64,000 nucleotides of DNA from Camelus ferus (lineage: Eukaryota), in the NCBI RefSeq assembly GCF_009834535.1, contig NC_045696.1, forward strand, positions 101,620,001 through 101,684,000. Direction: 5' to 3'. The notes under the pieces were generated by a model. That model had not been told where the DNA came from. It saw only the letters and a list, made by a program, of their open reading frames with translations, and did not search any database. Positions 11,464-25,058 of the stretch are shown here, one piece after another. The first letter of the stretch is position 1. Each line of letters opens with the position of its first letter. The position numbers were made by a program, and so were the translations under genes.

Positions 11464-12405
11464 TATATAATCTTTCCAAATTCCTTTCTCTAAAGAAGTA
11501 TTCATGTAAGATAAACATTGTGGAAATAAAGGATAGATTCCTACCAAAGACCGTTCACATTCTACGCATTTTGTGTCTGTATCCCTTGGTTACACAGGTT
11601 ATTTTTGCAGAGAAGCAAAAATTACACAAAAGAAGACTCCTGGAATTGCTTGATCTAGATCTCATTTCAGTTGCTTTTAAAATGGAGTTTTTGCTATTAA
11701 GTATTAAGGGTGATATTGAATTATATACAACATATTCAATTTAATAAGGCAAGAAGTAGAGTACCTTTTAAAAGAAAGTTGGTTCAAAAGTAAATACATA
11801 TATGCTTTGAAGAAAAAGTTTCACCTGTTCAGGAAATCTGGTTATCCAGAATAAGTCATCCCCTAAAAGTGCCAACTAACCTAAGAAGTTCTGATATACC
11901 ACTCCTCTGAGATTTCTGCATTTCACTCTACTTAAACATGAAACAACAACTTGTGAAAAGTTTTTTTTTTCAGCCATGTATTCCTTCACTGGCTACAAGT
12001 ATACATTTATCCACTCATCATGGGACCAACAAATACTTTTTGTGTAGCTACTGTGTGCCAGAGTATTGGGCACTAGGTAGGGATACGTTCTGATTTCAGA
12101 GTACTTTTGTTGAACTGAGCACGAGGCTACATATATATGCTGCCATCCTTTGTTATGCAAAGTGTGTCCCTTTTTGCTTGCCAGCCATCGTGAAGGAGGG
12201 CTTGGGAAGATTCCCACATCATATAGTGTAGACTAGGGAAAAGCCTACACCTGGGGACACGGATGAGGCAAGAGAAGGCAGAGGCCCTATCCTTTTGTCA
12301 TCCAGCAGATGGGTGTGCCTGGACCCACCATCGGAGAAGGTTCCAGGTGAGGGTCCCTGCCACTATGTTGATCTCCCTTCTTATAAGGCAATCAGGAAAA
12401 CAACC

Positions 12406-12406
<1 letters not shown>

Positions 12407-12445
<39 letters not shown>
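12407..12445. repeat. (TG)n microsatellite
   Basis: About 19 perfect TG units. Confidence 0.98.
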
Positions 12446-12446
<1 letters not shown>

Positions 12447-12899
12447 TGAAAGAGAGAAACAGGATGGGGATGAGAGGAAAAAAGAAAGCTTGGCAGAAGT
12501 GAGAGTGTGGTAGTAATCAGAATACTGGGGAACCAGGCAGAGCAGGTTACGTTCTAGAAGTCTCTCGTCATCTGGGAAACCAATCGTCCAGCTCTCGATG
12601 CTCAAGGGAAGTTTGGTTCAAGCACCGCCACTTCGTGCCAGAGCTTCTTCTGTCCCCAGTCCTGTGGGATGCTGAGTTTGGGTGCAGTACCTTCCATGGA
12701 AAGACGGAGGAGTCTTCTCCCATCTGGCTCATCTTCCAAGGAAACGAGAAACCCCAGGGTAATTTTCCAGACAATTTGAGGCTCTCCTGTGTGCCAGATT
12801 GTATGCCAGGTATTAAGAATATCAGAGTAAATAAACTGGATAAAAGTCCCTGCTGTTGTGTAACTAGCAGTCTAGTGGGAGATACAGACTACTACAAGT

Positions 12900-13175
12900 G
12901 AGGCTACCATATTAAGTATTATCTGAGCATAATATCAGCATTATCCAAGATGTGCAAGAGATAATTTTACACTTATTTTAATGCATAATAGAAAAATGTA
13001 TCCAGTGGATCAAATTTTTAAAAATACCGTTTGAGATAAGGCCAAAGAAACAGTAAGTTAAAAAAAAAAAAAAAAGGAGGGGGAAGAGTTGCTTGCTAAA
13101 TCTTGTTAAGCACATAGCAATACAGATAGAGCCTCATATGGCATGTGAATAACTAAAGTTTGGGAAACACCACTT
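12900..13175. mobile_element. Probable hAT-Charlie-type MER fragment
   Basis: Ends in 'aagtttgggaaacacca', resembling a Charlie terminal repeat; the interior is not confidently recognised. Confidence 0.35.
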
Positions 13176-14689
13176 CCAGCCACTGAATCTTCACAAAATC
13201 CTGTAAAGTAGGCACTAACATATATATTACTGTCAGAAACTGGACTCAGAAAATCTAGAACACCGTCCAGTCCCTCAGGACCTGAAGGATAGGCTGCCTG
13301 GCTCTGCTGCCCATACTCCCTCCATGGTCATGCACTGACATCAGGAATGCCAATGATCATCAAAAATTCTAATTTCTGTAGGATTTTCCCAAATGTTAAA
13401 CCTGCACAGTCAACTCTCTCCCGCAGAGCAATCTGGAGTCACCATGCTGAGGATCATGAAAGGAGTCATAACTTACTTTTTCTCTCCAAGAATCAATAGC
13501 TCAGTGTTAGTAGCATTTACTCTGCCTGTGCATTCGCAGCCCAGGAACCTGAAGGCAGTTACATCAAAATTCAAGAAAATGTCTACTGATAATAGGTGGT
13601 CCCACGGAGAGGTTTTCCACCATAGGGAAAATGAAAGAGAAGAGGAATTAAATATGGACAGAGAGAAAACTGCTGAGCTGGCTTCCACAATGGAAGTCAT
13701 TAACCAAGTTGAATTAGTAAACTCGTCCAAAGCCACATCTGCCCCATTAAAGCTTTAAAGGCCATATGCCAAAGTGAAAATTAAATAAAGCAACAAAAAG
13801 TCAGTGCCCAAATGAATTTGGTTTTATTTTTACTACACAGAGCGAGGCTCTGCACAATAAAGCAACCACAGAGAGACTTTGCCAAGTTGTGGTGGTTTCC
13901 CAGAATGCATTAAAAAATCAGGAAGTCTCTACCATCTCTACTAATGCTGTTTGCTACTGGATCATAAAAGGATTTCTATTCTGACTTTTAGGGAAAAATC
14001 CATTTAGTGAAAATTTCATCAAGTAATGGGAAATTTGCACATCAATTTTAGTACAGTCTGCTAGGAGTGGCCAAAAATTCTGTAGCAATAAAGGTTTCAA
14101 AATGCCTTGTTGTAATTAAAAAACCTTATTCCTGTGTTAATTGTGTCTTTTCCTCCCAATATTACTAAGTATTTTATCACATGCAAAAAAAAATCTTGGC
14201 TCTAAATTGAGTAAGGGACAAAGGATAGCTCCATGGAATTAGATTATACATTCAAATGCTGTTATGATTGCAAAGGACTTTTCCTATTCTGTTCATTGCT
14301 TGATCAGAAGAAAATTTAGCCCTAGATAAGTTTTATTATTGCCAGGTTGCTTCAAGTATTGAATTTTAAATTATTTCCTGGTATAAATATAACTTTGTAT
14401 ATCTTTATCAATTTTGGAGGATGATAAATCTGAATTACAGAATATTTGTTTTGCCTTGCTTTGCTTCTTTCTTTTTTTTTTTCTTTTAAGTTTGTGCAGT
14501 AACTCAAACCAGACCAAAAATATTCCTAACAACCTGTTTCAATGAATAAGAATAATGAAAGGGATCTCTAAATGGTACAACAAACATATTCTCAAGTGCC
14601 AAATATGGTTTGTTCACTGAATTGCAAAGACTTTTTTTTTTAAGCAAATTATCCTTCCCAATCCTTGTTTCATAATCAGTAGAAAAAAT

Positions 14690-16545
14690 TGGTAGACTAT
14701 TACAAAAATCTTCTGTTACAGACTTTTAGAAAAACTGGGTAAAATATAACAAGTGATAGTATTTTTTAATACACAGCATAACTTGGTGTAACAGTAGGGC
14801 AGAATATCAGGTGCTAAACCTCAAGAGAGTTCTGAAAACCCCACTGTGTGTATTTAAAATAACACTGAAAGCGCCCAGGGAGGGAACATCAGTACTATTA
14901 ATCTAGGGACATGGATTTTAAGGTTAATCTAGGGACTGAGCAGTAGCAGTGGAACCATAGTACGTGAGATCCCAACAAAAAGTCATAATACTTGAATAGC
15001 TGCCCACTCTGAATTGGTGGCTCCCTGGAGTATGGGGGTAAAAATTCTCAAATGCCTATGGAGGGCTGTGCTCACAAAGACTAATGGACAAAACCAAACT
15101 TGCTAAAACTTAGTTTGCAAACAAAGTTAACATAACACATGGGAAAAAAAAATGTATCCAAGCAAGAGTCAGGAGACATTAAAAATAATATTTAATCCCA
15201 TAGAATTTTATGCAATAGAACAATATCTCAATTTCTAGGCAAGCTGAAGTCTTATTTCTTATGAGAGCAGTAGGAAAAGCTGGATGATAACAGGTATGCT
15301 ATGTTTGGAAATATTATTAAAGGACTACAGATCAATGAAATCCAGGAGGATCTGGATTTTGAAGACAGTAGAAACATGAGGAAATGAGCTGACATTTTGC
15401 AGCTGCTTTTTTCCCAGGCTCAGTTGCTGATTTGGGGAAATGGGCAAAAGGCCAAGAATTAAGATTTTTAGGGCGCATGCTTAGCATGCATGAGGTCCTT
15501 GGGTCAATCCCTAGTACCTTCTTTAAAAAAAAAGTGTGAGAAAAATTTAAAAATAGTAATAGATACAGATTTTACTTGGACAGAAAAATCCTTCTAGGAC
15601 TAGAAAAACCATCAGAGATTTTAGTAGTCTAAAAAGATGAAGAGATAAAATTGGAGACTTGATGATTCTTGTAGTCCCCCAATTGTGTGAACAAAGGAAT
15701 AAGCCTTCGGCTGGAATGGTAAACAAGTTATAAAAGGCTGCAGACTCAGAGGTGAGAAGGCTGGTTAGCCAATGACAGGTAAGATCCCCAGAGGAGGGCA
15801 ACCTAAGACAGGCACAGCCCCTGAGTCAGAAAGAATGTCATCAAGCAGCTATTTTCCTATATGTTCTGCCCTGATAAGATGTAAGGCTCACTGGCTCCAT
15901 GATGAGCGTAATCTATCAAAAATATCAAAGGATCTTAAGATCCTGACCTTAAAACAATCTGTGCATCTAGGGAGTCATAAAATGTCATACCATAGTTAAA
16001 CACTTTCCATATTGTTCTCTTTTGCTTTATAAGCCTGTGTAGTTTAATAAACTTTTAGAGTAGCCATCACCTCTCTCCGCATACAGTGTGTGTGTGTGTA
16101 CGTTGATATTGCGGCGCCAACAATTCTCTAATTGGAGACTTGATGGTGCTCTCTTCTAGAGGTTTGTCAAATCATGAAGTTGCACAAGAGAGGAGGTTAA
16201 GGGTCTGCCGAGGAGGAAGCTCAGAAAGACAGAGCAGAATTTTCTGGAAGCCCGTTGGTCCAAGGACACAAGGACTGGAGTTCAAGAATAACCAGGGAGA
16301 GGAGACCCAGGGCATATGATAGCCTCCCAGTTGAATGCTCTGGAAGGCTATGACCTAGAGTAGAGAAGAATGAGAGGTAGACTGAGCTCTACCAACATTG
16401 CAACCAAATTTTGAATTGGCTTAATTTCTGATTGGATTAATGAACTCAGCCCCAGCCCTACCTGATTTGCAGAGCAAAGAGTAAATCTCCATGAAGAAAT
16501 ATAGTATCAACTGGATCTACAAGGTAATATACACAATCCGGCATT
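14690..16545 (+). mobile_element. Ancient L1 5'-region fragments (L1M-type), interrupted
   Basis: A-rich decayed sequence with L1M 5'UTR/ORF1-like phrases ('aaaactgggtaaaatat', 'tgagctctaccaacattgcaacc..aatttctgattggattaa'). Confidence 0.4.
15469..15533 (+). mobile_element. 5'-truncated tRNA-Ala-derived SINE (vic-1-like, camelid)
   Basis: 'gcgcatgcttagcatgcatgaggtccttgggtcaatccctagtacct' plus an A tail matches the 3' part of tRNA-Ala(AGC)-derived camelid SINE sequence. Confidence 0.75.
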
Positions 16546-16564
16546 CCATCAATGATAATTTGAC

Positions 16565-16869
16565 TTTCCTAGTTTTTAGAGGCTGCCCACATTCCTTGGT
16601 TTGTGGCCCCACTCTATCTTCAAGACCAGCGACCACATCACTCTCACATTTGCTCCTGCCTTCTCTCACTCTTCTGCCTCCCTCTTCTACCTTCTAAGAA
16701 CCTTTGTGATTATTGAGGCCACCCAGATAATCCAAACTAATCTTCCTATTTCAAAATCCTTAATTTAATCACATCTACAAAGTTCCTCTTGCAATGTATG
16801 GGAATATATTTACGAATCTTGGGATTAGGACATGGACATTTCAGGGAGATCATTAGTCTGCCTACCACA
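16565..16869 (-). mobile_element. MLT1C/D-like MaLR LTR (partial)
   Basis: 'cccagataatcc...aaaatccttaatttaatcacatct...gggattaggacatggacat...ctgcctaccaca'. Confidence 0.85.
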
Positions 16870-17210
16870 AGAGTAACATTAAAAATTCAAATAACAGTGA
16901 GATCTATTACACAGCAGATTAGAAAGCATATACTTGTCTGTTGACAAGTATGAGTAAGAATGTAATGTAAAGGGAACTTTTACACACTACTGGTGAACAC
17001 GTAGAACTTTACAGTTACTTTGGAGACTATTTTGACAATGTCATTTCTTGGTGTCTACCCTAGAGAAGACATCACATGTGCACAAGGAGTCAAGTTCAAA
17101 AGTATTTATTTCAGCTCTGTTAGCAGTTGTAAAAAAGAGAAATAATCTGATTCTTAGCAGGAGAAAGAGAAGTAATTATGGTTTATGTATGTAATGGAAT
17201 CCTATACATT
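16870..17210 (+). mobile_element. Old L1 ORF2 3' fragment
   Basis: 'gggaacttttacacactactggtg...gttactttggagactatttt...gtgtctaccctagagaa...taatggaatcctatac'. Confidence 0.7.
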
Positions 17211-17219
17211 AGACAGGTA

Positions 17220-18752
17220 TCTTGGTAAGACATTTGCTCTTGATTTTCAGTATTGGTGAAAGGAGAATCTTAAGGGGCTTCTACATGGTTCATTGAATCA
17301 TACTATCTGTCAATCAAAGATTCAGAAGAGCACTATGGAAGTTCTACCATTTGCTAAGTATATTTATAACAATTACGTACATAGAATTTGGAAAATAGCC
17401 CAGATAATGGTTTGAGGATACCAAGAAGCTACTCATGAAGTTGAACTGGGTCAAAATCCCTTTCAATGATCCACACAAGCCTCTATTCTGACTGATGGAC
17501 AAAAGTGATGCTCTGGGACCCAAGGATTTTTTCTGTTCAAATCCATTTCCAACAACGCCTGAAAGATCTGATCACTTGTCTTTTCCCATTATATAGTGAC
17601 TCAGGTCAACGGGCACATAGAGACTTAGGAGGTTTTCTGTACATGTTTGTGACATTTACACCCGCTTCTTCCTCAAGAAAGGCTTCCCTCTTTTCAGGGG
17701 CTCTAAATCTTGTGAAAAGACTATGGTTTAAGACTTGGGTGAAAAGCACCAGACTCTTTTTTTTTTTTTTTTTCCTCAGTTATAAAAATCCAAGTAGAAT
17801 CCTTTTTGATTAGGTCGACTTTTCATCTTTTTTAGGCCTAGGAATCAATAACCAATTATCCACCACCATGGATCACTGTGAGTCAAACCACTCTAATGAA
17901 CACGCCTATCCCTTTACCTATAGTCATGTCTATCCCTATAGTCATGGCCATGCCTCTGGCATTTAATGGCTTGAGTCTACCACTCCAGGATGCTGTCTTT
18001 GCATCTGAAAAGAAGCATCCTATTTCAATGGTAGTGTCTCCTACCAGTGTCCCAGGTTAACAGAGAGTGCTTTTCAAAGATGATGGGGCTGCTGTTACCA
18101 ATGCATTTTTTCCCAATAATTATGCCTTTTAGGGAGTCTTTTTCAGAGCCCTCTTGAGAAACACAGGTTGTGGGAGGGGGGCATAAATCAATGTGTCATA
18201 TGTGAGCAATCCATTTCAATTCATATCTCCCTAAGTCTCTAGGGTCCTTCCTAAAGCCCTATCTGCTGCATAAGAGACCAGACAAAGCTGTGAATTTCAC
18301 TGCAAAATAGTGGCAACTGCAGGGGCAAAATTTGAATTTGGTTTTTATGTATCTCAGCCCTATGCCACAACTGATAAAAATTTTTAGCAAAGAAACTCTA
18401 TGGCTTTCTTTCTCTCTCTTGAAACAGGAACTTCAGATTTTGAACTTGTAATTCTTTTTTAAGTTGTCAAATGCCATTACAATCAAACACTATATATTCC
18501 TTGAATTCCCCATGTCTCTGCATACGGTTCACTGGCTGTGGGCCTGGTTCCCTCAAAGACTCACCTTCTGTGACTACTTCACTGCAGGTGACCACAAGTG
18601 AAAATCAGAGGGCTGTTTCACACTGCCTGCCAAGAGCTTTTCATATTGGCTAGGGTTCAGAGTCCTCAGCTTGAATCAGAGCAGATAACGAATCCTAGAT
18701 ACTTCCTTTTGCCTGAGGTTTTGTTTTCTAATATGGCTTCTGGAGTCAGCAT
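17220..18752 (-). mobile_element. ERVL/MaLR internal region (leader, gag and protease-like part), degenerate
   Basis: Antisense phrases resemble ERVL/MLT-int: 'aagcctctattctgactgatggacaaaagtgatgctctgggacc', 'ttgctaagtatatttataacaattac'. The leader next to the LTR reads 'gatgctgactccagaagcc..tagaaaacaaaacctcagg' on the minus strand. Confidence 0.65.
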
Positions 18753-19350
18753 CTGTATCAGTCGGGTTATCTGTTGCAAGCAAAATAAGCTAATTTTAAT
18801 AGTTTAAGGAGAAAATGAGCTTGTTGTAAAGATATGGCAGCTGATGAAATTTTGAGAGAGATGGAGGAACAGGTTAAAGATTAAGATTCCAGAATTAATG
18901 CCCGCAACCATATCACAGAACTGGCCCCAGGAGGAAACAGTCACTGCTACCAGTATTGAGCTCTTGAGACTAGAGTTGATAGGACTGTGAGCGATAAGAC
19001 TTAATTTGCATCTGATACTGAAGAAAATTTTGTGCCAGGAATTCAGTCCTAGAGGCAATTCACCCCTGAGAGGCAAAAGCTTAAGTACTGTACCAACTAG
19101 TATGGCTAACAAAATGAATTCTTCACGGAGCCTCCTTTCTTCCATCGCTCACTTCTGAAACACAATCTGGCACCAAGGTTAACTGGATTTACCTAGGTCA
19201 CATACTTGTGCCTTAAGTGCAAGAAAGGCTGACAAAATAAATTCTCTGGTCTCTACTTTGAGGATGTGAAGCACATAAGAAGGAAATTCTCCAAACACAG
19301 GAAAGATTCAAAAATGCTAGATAATCAAAAAACATAACAGATATATACTC
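18753..19350 (-). mobile_element. Old MLT1-type LTR (5' LTR of the adjacent internal piece)
   Basis: Begins 'tgtatcagtcgggttatctgttgcaagcaaaat', typical of antisense MLT1K-N LTR ends. Confidence 0.65.
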
Positions 19351-20294
19351 TTATTATTAATCTGTGAATAATTTTTGTCTTAAGTATGTTGGATACAAGT
19401 TGCATGGAGTCTTCTTTCTATGGTCTTATTTTGGGGTTTTTTGGTATTTATGTCTTTTGTTTTCTTGCTTTCTCTTTTTTAGTATTGTTGTATTACTCAA
19501 GTTTTCTTTACATTTTTTGTCAAGTAGTTTAAATGTTCTGCTTTCAGTATTTACCATTCAATTAAATTTTAAAAACTGAGCTATTATTCTTCTACTACAG
19601 TCAAAGAAAACAGCTCTCTCATCAGCAGGATAAGAAATTTAACCTGTATTTCTTTCTATCCACACTGACCTCATAGTTTTCATTAAAATAATTAACATCT
19701 GGAATTTTTATATCCAGGATATTTTATTTGTTCTTATTTTATCCTCTCTTTTAAAATAATTTTGACACATTATCTCATAACTATGTTAATTTTTTTCAAA
19801 ACTCAAATTTTCCATATAATTCAGATATTTATTTGGTTCCATTTATTAAGTAGTTAGTGAAAGCTTTCCAGCAATTTTTTTCCAGGAAGTCTGTTTGGGT
19901 TGTCTACTTTCTCAATCACTGCCTGTCTAAAATTTCTCTCTAAAGCATTTATTTAAGAAATATAAATTCATAGGTTATAGGACACTTTGGTGGCAATTAT
20001 CTCCTTAAAACTTTGAAGAAACTATTCCAATGTTTCTTGCATTTAATGTTATGGAGAATTTAATGACACTGTGTAAGTGTGTGTGTGTGTCTGTGGGTGT
20101 GTGTGTGTCTGTGGGTGTGTGTGTTTCTTAACTCCTTGTTAGGTAACCTGCTTTAGTTTAGTAAGGTTAAGAAGGAGGGAGTTTTGCCACCTGCAAAAAA
20201 TGTGTGCAGATTTCCTTCTGGTTCCGAAAATTCAACTTTTACCAAGATATATTCTAGAAGTGTAATTTTTGTTAATTTTGCCTGCAATTAAAGT

Positions 20295-22665
20295 CTGGAA
20301 GTTTGACAACATTCTCTGTCAATGAGGCTATGGGGAAATAGGCTCTCTCATATATTGCTCATATAAATATGTAATGCATAACTTCTATAACAGGTAATTC
20401 ATTAACATCTAACAAAATTATTTATGCATTACCTTCTGAACAGCAATGCTGTTTCTAAAAATTTTCCCCAAAAAACCCTGGCAAAAGTATAAAATCATTT
20501 GTGTGGAGTTATTCATTGCAAGATTATTACCTTGTAAAAATTCAAATGTCCTTCAACAGAGCTAGTTAAATAAAGTAGGGATATACCCACAAAGTAGAGT
20601 GCTATGCAACTCGAAAATAGAGTAAGGGATATCTGAGGATGCTAATATGGAGTAACATCCAAAAAAATTCAGCTAGGTTAAAAACAGAAAGAAAAAAAAA
20701 GCAAGGGGGAAAAATGCATACAGAATGCTATCATTCAGCCAAAAAAGGAAGGGTATGAGCATAAATATTTATCTCTGGTCTTAAAAAGTAAACAATAGAA
20801 AAATAAGCCATAAAGTAAAAGGAGTGATTTCCTTTAAAAGGAGAAAAGTAATATTAAAATCTATATTTCTTTGGATAGATCTTGCTTTTTACATTTTGCA
20901 TAATTATAAAAAAATATTTTAAAGCAATCTCTGAAAATTAAAATAAAAATTGGGGAGTAAACTTAATGTGTGTTAAGTTGATGGCACACAGACTGTTCCA
21001 AATGACTTTTTTAAAAATAGTAATTTGACAGTATATCCCTAGTAGGACATAACCCAAGAAGTAAAGGAAATTTAAAAACTAATTTTTTAGTAATAATATT
21101 GTAAGCGAGGTGTTGGCTATTATTAGTCTGAATTTGCTATGGGTTTAGTTTAGGACAAAAAAGTATAAATGTGATATTCTTATTCTTTAATTCTCCCATG
21201 TTAGTTAGAACCAGGATTCTCAGCATGTGTAGAGAAGATACAAATACAAAGCTGAAATGGTTAAGTAAAACCTCTGTAACCTTGGATTTGAATTGAAAGT
21301 ACCAATGCAAATTTGCAATGACTTTTCCTTAAAAAAAAAAGTATTTCCTAACTCTGAGTGCTAAAAAGCTAAGAGAGAATGACCAACTCATTTATAACAA
21401 ACACTCTTAGTACCTAGATTATGGTCACCACATACTATTTATCATTAAAAGAGATTGAGGCTCCTTGGAGAAATGTCTGATTCTAGGTCTACAGCAGAAA
21501 TTTTACAAATTAAGCTCAGTGTACTGTGTCATACCACACAGCAAGGGAACTCTCTAAGACTGCTAGGGTCAATGTCAAAAATACACAGAAGGCAACTTAA
21601 ATAGGCTTACTCTGGTCAAAGACAGAAATTTTCAGCATTAATAAGAAATTAAAGTGGTTTAAAATTCATTATAAATACTTCAATATAGGTCTGTACAATA
21701 TAAAAATAAGCATATATGATATTAGTGAAAGAACTCATAATTTTTAAAACTAGTAAAAGAGGGAAAGAATCTTACACCTCTTCTGCCTTTCCTATACAAC
21801 CATGCAACGGGGTAATCAGATAATAATGAAAGGGACTTGTTCTAGAGAAGTATTCTAGCTGGTAACTAAGGAATGAATGATAGAATTAGAATACTGCTGT
21901 TTTTCAAACCATAATGAGTCTAGGTATTGATCATCAACGGCTTCTAATATCACAAAAAGACAAAAACCCATGAAGTAGATTTACAAAAGAAAAAGAAAAA
22001 AAAATCAACCTTTTCTGGTCAAGCTTCTAAGTCCATATACTAACTCTAAGGAAATACAGAGGTTATAGGATCCTTTTATTCAACACATCAGGGGGCAATT
22101 TGCAAATCTCAGACTGGAAAACTTCAAGATTTAAAAAAAATAAAAATAAAAAACACTCTTTAATAACAAATAATTGTAAAAACAAGAAACAAACAAAAAA
22201 AGAGATGGAGGGGAAACCTGTAAGTAGGCACTTAAGACACCTATCAACCAATTCTTATCTAAGGACCTTATGTGGACCTTGATTCAATCAAATGATAAAT
22301 ATTTATTTGTTTGTTTATTTATTTATATTATAACATGTACAAGACATTAAGAAATTCAAACAATAGACTCGATGCTTGATAATATTAAGGAGATATTATC
22401 AATTCAATTTTTTAAGAATGATAATGGTTAGGGTTTTTTTTTAAATTATCTGTTTTAGAAATAAGAACTGAAATATTTACAGAGGAAATTATATGGTGTC
22501 TAGAATTTACTTCCAAATAATTGAGGAGGAAGAATTTAATCTGTGTATAGATGAAACAAGATTGGCCAAAGGCTAATGACTATAGCTGGGTGATGGGTAT
22601 ACGGGGGTTCATTAACCTATTCTGTCTACTTTTGTATAGGTTTGCAATCTTCCATAATACACTGT
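20295..22665 (+). mobile_element. L1MC-type ORF2 end and long 3' UTR
   Basis: 'tggggaaataggctctctcatatattgct' at the start, 'gggctccttggagaaatg..tgattctagg'-like L1MC 3'UTR sequence, and terminal 'gctgggtgatgggtatacgggggttcatt..ctattctgtctacttttgtatag'. It is inserted within older antisense L1-like DNA (19360-20290, 22700-23100). Confidence 0.75.
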
Positions 22666-23219
22666 TGAAAAGAGTGTTTACTACTTAATAAGTCCTATAA
22701 TTCTGGAGATACAAATGTGTGTGTGAGCTCAACTAATTTATTATGTGTTTCATTTTTTTTTCCTATTCTCCCTTCATCATAGTTCTTGACTTTTGGAATT
22801 CCTGTTTCATACATTGTGGATCGACTGGATCTGTATTTATAGCCTTTGTGCTTTCTCTTATTATGTTCTTTTCTTTTTTTTTTTTTCTCTGATTGTGTTG
22901 TGCTTTCGTTTAAAACTATTACAAGATTAAATTATGTTGTTTTTCAATAGCCAAACTTTATTCACTACTTTTATGGAATATTTTATTTGTTATTGCATTT
23001 GTCATCTCCAAAACAACCAATTTTCTCAGTCTCATTGAGAATATTATTTTATTAAATCATTTGATAATATTTTCATTAAATTATATATTTCAGGAAATAT
23101 TAAATAATTCCATTAAATGATCATCGTGTCTCATATATTTGCATACCTTTTATCTTTAGATTATTCATTTTTAACAGATAAGAAACCTGGGGCTTATAAA
23201 GCTTTAGTAACATCACAAA

Positions 23220-23600
23220 GACCCAGCCTGGACTTGGCTGGGCTCATTTGGAAGGTACTGTTAATCTTGGCTGGGCTTGCTCAAGGGTCTGGAGCTTGGA
23301 TGGAGGCTGGCTGATCTAAGTGGGCTTATCTAGGTGGTTCTACTTTTGTTCCATGGGTCTTTCCTTCTTCCGGGGCCAAAGGGCCAGCCCATATGTGGTC
23401 ATTTCATGATGATGGTAAAAATACAAGGAGACAGGCAGAAACATGCAAAGACTCTTAGGGCCTATGCTGGGAACTGGCACACCATCAATTCTTAAAGTCA
23501 TATGGCAAAAAGCAAGGAAACAAATCCTGATCCTTCAGTGGGAAGAATATCTAAGTCATAGAACAAAAGGGATGAATTTGGGGAAGCTGATAAACAATCA
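23220..23600 (-). mobile_element. MLT1H/I-like LTR fragment
   Basis: 'ttggctgggctcatt...ggctggctgatcta...ggcagaaacatgcaaagactcttagggcctatgctgggaactggcacaccatca'. Confidence 0.65.
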
Positions 23601-23989
23601 CTCATGAGAGTTCTCTGTAAATCAAATGACCGAGTTTTAAATCTGAACAAGAGCTTGTGCCCCTAACCACTATGCAACAACGGAATTTCTCAAGTTTTCT
23701 ACTGATTTCTTATTGGAAGATACAAACATTGATGTCAGTGATTGATATGCTTGTTGGAATCTCTTCAATCTTTTCATGTGCCTGTGATTTTTTTTCCTGC
23801 TTTTCTCAAATAGAAGGATGAGGGGCATGTATTTTTATACAGTATTGGGAACTGGGATGGTCTGTTAGATTTTATGCCTGTGTCCCTTTCATTTTTCACA
23901 TCAACTATTAGAGACATTCCAATATATCTCATTGGATTATAAGAATTAAATGCAACACCTGGAAATACCAGGCACATAGTAGCAACTTA

Positions 23990-25058
23990 ATAATAATGCC
24001 CCTGTATCTCCTGAGAGTCCTTCACCTGCATGTAAACATGTACAACACTTTCAGTGCTCCTCAAATTTTCAACAACACTGCCTTCTGTTCACATTTCCTA
24101 CTTTCTCAGGTCTTAATGATTTCTCAGTATGGTTTGCTCCAGGCTCCATCGCTTAGCCACCTTGAGAAACTGAGCTCTCAAACAACACCACTAATCCAAT
24201 TTTCTTCAATTTCCATTCATTCCTCAGACAGCTAACACTCCATACAACTGCATTTCCCGAGGTCACCAATATCCTCCATGTTGCCAAGTCAATGAGCACA
24301 TTTCTTTCCTCATACTACTCACATTCTTAGCGGTATTTTACGTAGCTGATCACTTATACCTTCCAGAAACACTCTTCTCGCTTGACACATGATACCATAC
24401 TCTTTGAGACTTTTTTCCCCTTACATCTCTGGCCATTCAATCTTACTTTCTTTCATGATTTCTTCTCCTCTACCCAATCTTTAAATACAAGAGTTCCCCA
24501 AGGCTCACACCACCTGGAATCATTTCTAATTTTTGTAATGTATTTTCCTTATTAGATGATTTCATGCTTTCCAATGGCTTTAGACAACTTCCAGATGCTG
24601 AAAACTCTCAAATTCATATCTGGGTCTAAGCCTCTCCTTCAAACACCATGTTCCTACCTGATATTCCTACTTGAATATGTCCACGGACAAAGTCTTAACT
24701 TCTGCTATTGACTTCCTTGTTTAATTCTCATAGCCATTCCTTGAAGACGCAACCTAAATTAACTCTCCCAATAACACTATTTCACATCACTTCGTTTTAC
24801 TACATGACCAACACCACACACAGACACACACACAGACACAGACATACACACACACACACACACACAAACGCACACATATATCTGAAATAATCTTTTTTTC
24901 CCACTTATTTGATGCTTGTTTATTTTCTATCTGACCATTAGGGGAAGCTTCACGAGAGCAGAAACTTTGCCTGTCTTGCTTACTGCTTTCTTTAATACCG
25001 AAAATACTGCCAAACACGTAGTAATAACTAAGTAGTTTTTGAATGAAGGAATGAATGT
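23990..25058 (+). mobile_element. L2 LINE 3' part
   Basis: 'aggtcaccaatatcctccatgttgccaa', 'gctgaaaactctcaaattcatatc' and terminal 'tttttgaatgaaggaatgaatg'; contains a (CA)-rich tract at 24815-24878. Confidence 0.85.

Noticed and set aside
13393..13758. 121-aa ATG-initiated plus-strand ORF
   Set aside because: No recognisable domain or supporting gene structure; this length is attainable by chance in 64 kb.
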